Virus record (IMG/VR): IMGVR_UViG_3300032134_000001
DNA: 64,000 bases
Source: an uncultured virus (IMG/VR IMGVR_UViG_3300032134_000001)
Taxonomy: Duplodnaviria > Heunggongvirae > Uroviricota > Caudoviricetes
Direction: 5' to 3' (one strand)
Part shown: positions 62,632 to 64,000 of the stretch, piece after piece
How positions within the stretch are numbered: the first letter of the stretch is position 1
Layout of the letters: each line of letters begins with the position of its first letter
Made by a program: the position numbers and the translations under genes
Notes under the pieces: generated by a model
Told to the model about the DNA's origin: nothing
Databases searched by the model: none
Seen by the model: the letters and a program-made list of their open reading frames with translations, nothing else

Positions 62632-63018
62632 GTGCAGCTGTCGCCGTTTATCTCCAAGTGGATCGCCTTCTTCCGGCCTCGGCTGGGGTGGGCTGAGATG
62701 CTGCGGGAGTTCAAGGCGGGCAAGAACGTCTGGAACATCCCGGGCAAGCCGGACAAGCCCCAGGTGGTTCCCTTCCCGATCGAGTGGATGCCGCATCGGC
62801 TGGAGCTGACGGAGGCTGACGATGCCGCAGCTCAGACCCGCGGCTTCGTCTTCCTTCCTGGTGTCTGCGTGGACTCCGGGAAGGAGGTCGAGATCGGCGT
62901 GGCCGTGAGCTGCTGTCGGTGTGCTGTGACGCTACACCCCGGCATGGCCGGGATGATCGCAGGCTTCGACCCGCCCTACTGCTCTCGCTGCAAGTGGGTC
63001 ATCAAGCTCGTGCTGTAG
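62632..63018 (+). CDS. hypothetical protein with zinc ribbon
   Basis: AAGGAG RBS; CCRC...CSRC. Confidence 0.65.
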   Translation: MQLSPFISKWIAFFRPRLGWAEMLREFKAGKNVWNIPGKPDKPQVVPFPIEWMPHRLELTEADDAAAQTRGFVFLPGVCVDSGKEVEIGVAVSCCRCAVTLHPGMAGMIAGFDPPYCSRCKWVIKLVL

Positions 63019-63019
63019 C

Positions 63020-63616
63020 TCAGAGGACCTTGACGAAGAACTCGTCCAGGGTCACGTCGGTGTCGTTGGCCGAGAAGGCTGCCGTCGGGGTGATGGCCAA
63101 GGCAGCGGTCGTGTCGACCGCGGTGCTTGCGAGCACGAAGGGCTCCAGGTTGGTCGTACCGCCCGGCGTGCCGGTGGTGGTCAGGGCGCTGGAGACCACC
63201 GTTCCGGCAGCACCGATCGTGCGGCAGGTGATCTTGGCATCCAGGATGTAGACGTCGCCGTTGGCGCCGTTCACGGCCGCGCTCTCTGCGAGGATCGGTG
63301 TGGTCAACCCGTTGATGCGGAACCGGCAGGTGATGGCGGAGGCGCCGCCTGCATCGGCCAGGGTCAGCCGCGCGTAGAGGTGCAGGACATCGCCAGCGAC
63401 CAGCGAGTTGGCCGGCAGGTTGTACGCGGTGAAGGCTCCTTCTGCGGCTCCAACCACGGCGCCCTGGAGGACTTCGGGGGCCACAGCGGTGTACGCCTTG
63501 CCTGCGATTGTCAGGGCGGTTCCTGCCGTCACACCACGCGTGGTGGTGAGGGCAGTGTCGATGGCGTTGGTCCAGGCGGCGTCGCCGTTCCCGGAGGTTC
63601 CCTGAAGGAGAGGCAT
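63020..63616 (-). CDS. beta-rich probable virion protein
   Basis: Ala/Thr/Gly-rich; YNLPANSLVAGD. Confidence 0.7.
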   Translation of the reverse strand: MPLLQGTSGNGDAAWTNAIDTALTTTRGVTAGTALTIAGKAYTAVAPEVLQGAVVGAAEGAFTAYNLPANSLVAGDVLHLYARLTLADAGGASAITCRFRINGLTTPILAESAAVNGANGDVYILDAKITCRTIGAAGTVVSSALTTTGTPGGTTNLEPFVLASTAVDTTAALAITPTAAFSANDTDVTLDEFFVKVL

Positions 63617-63724
63617 TTGTGGCTCCGCGAAGCTGCGAGGTCTGAGTAGCTGAGATTAGCGCAACCCCCTCTCTTGGGCCCGGTTCCGGGGGAATCCCGA
63701 GTGCTACAAGAGGCTTCTCCTGCG

Positions 63725-63759
63725 TGCCACTTGACACGCCAGAAGGCGTCCCCTACATG
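63725..63759 (+). promoter_or_regulatory. promoter TTGACA-N17-TACATG with operator TGCCA-CT-TGACA
   Basis: Consensus -35 inside the palindrome, upstream of the HNH gene. Confidence 0.65.
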
Positions 63760-63785
63760 ACTCGGGAGGATGAGGAGGAGCGTCG

Positions 63786-64000
63786 ATGAGCCAATGGGTT
63801 GTTCCCACGACACGCTGGGCGATCTACCTGCGAGACGGCCTCTCGTGCGTCTACTGCCAGGTCACCCTGGCTGACATCCTGGCCGAGCGGGGAGAGAACT
63901 TCCTGACGCTTGACCACATCAAGTCGCGGAAGCAGGGCGGCTGCAACAGCCCCTACAACTTGGTGACCTGCTGCTACGTCTGCAACAGCCACAAGGCGCG
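63786..64000 (+). CDS. HNH endonuclease (3' truncated by the window edge)
   Basis: Hand-translated RDGLSCVYC...TLDHIKSRKQGG...NLVTCCYVCN; GAGGAGG RBS. Confidence 0.9.
   Translation, partial: MSQWVVPTTRWAIYLRDGLSCVYCQVTLADILAERGENFLTLDHIKSRKQGGCNSPYNLVTCCYVCNSHKA

Noticed and set aside
7915..63736. TGGCAC read as sigma54 -24 boxes
   Set aside because: None of the copies I checked has TTGC at the required -12 spacing; the sites are palindromic instead.

Overview
This is a 64-kb segment of a large, GC-rich (about two-thirds G+C by eye) bacterial virus genome. Genes are densely packed and translationally coupled (ATGA/TGATG overlaps); there are no host housekeeping operons, rRNA or CRISPR. Bases 1-23362 are a minus-strand early/accessory arm of mostly small unknown ORFs plus a MoxR-type AAA ATPase/VWA-metallopeptidase pair, a Dda/RecD-like helicase and NADAR. 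An AT-rich divergence point lies at about 23370-23630. The rest is mostly plus strand: a degenerate tyrosine-recombinase-like protein, AlkB-like and DUF3987 proteins, a probable virion block (about 31-45 kb) of basic and membrane-anchored proteins including Dps-like, M15 peptidase and lysozyme-like domains, then an SF2 helicase, ParB, a J-domain protein, DnaQ-like and PD-(D/E)xK nucleases and an HNH gene. Main observations: (1) a short peptide tag (T/S)-(P/D)-L-E-x-L-A on more than 20 unrelated proteins, conserved at the protein level but not the DNA level; (2) an in-frame UGA followed by an fdhF-like SECIS hairpin, a candidate viral selenoprotein; (3) two further shared motifs confined to the virion block, FxPSxYS...(D/E)YG and A-x-x-N-P; (4) a GTGCCA-N2-TGGCAC palindrome at about 11 promoter regions; (5) a helicase whose motifs II and III are in swapped order; (6) a structured RNA candidate ending in a tRNA-like T-arm and CCA. 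Family names come from motif recognition by eye; no searches were run.
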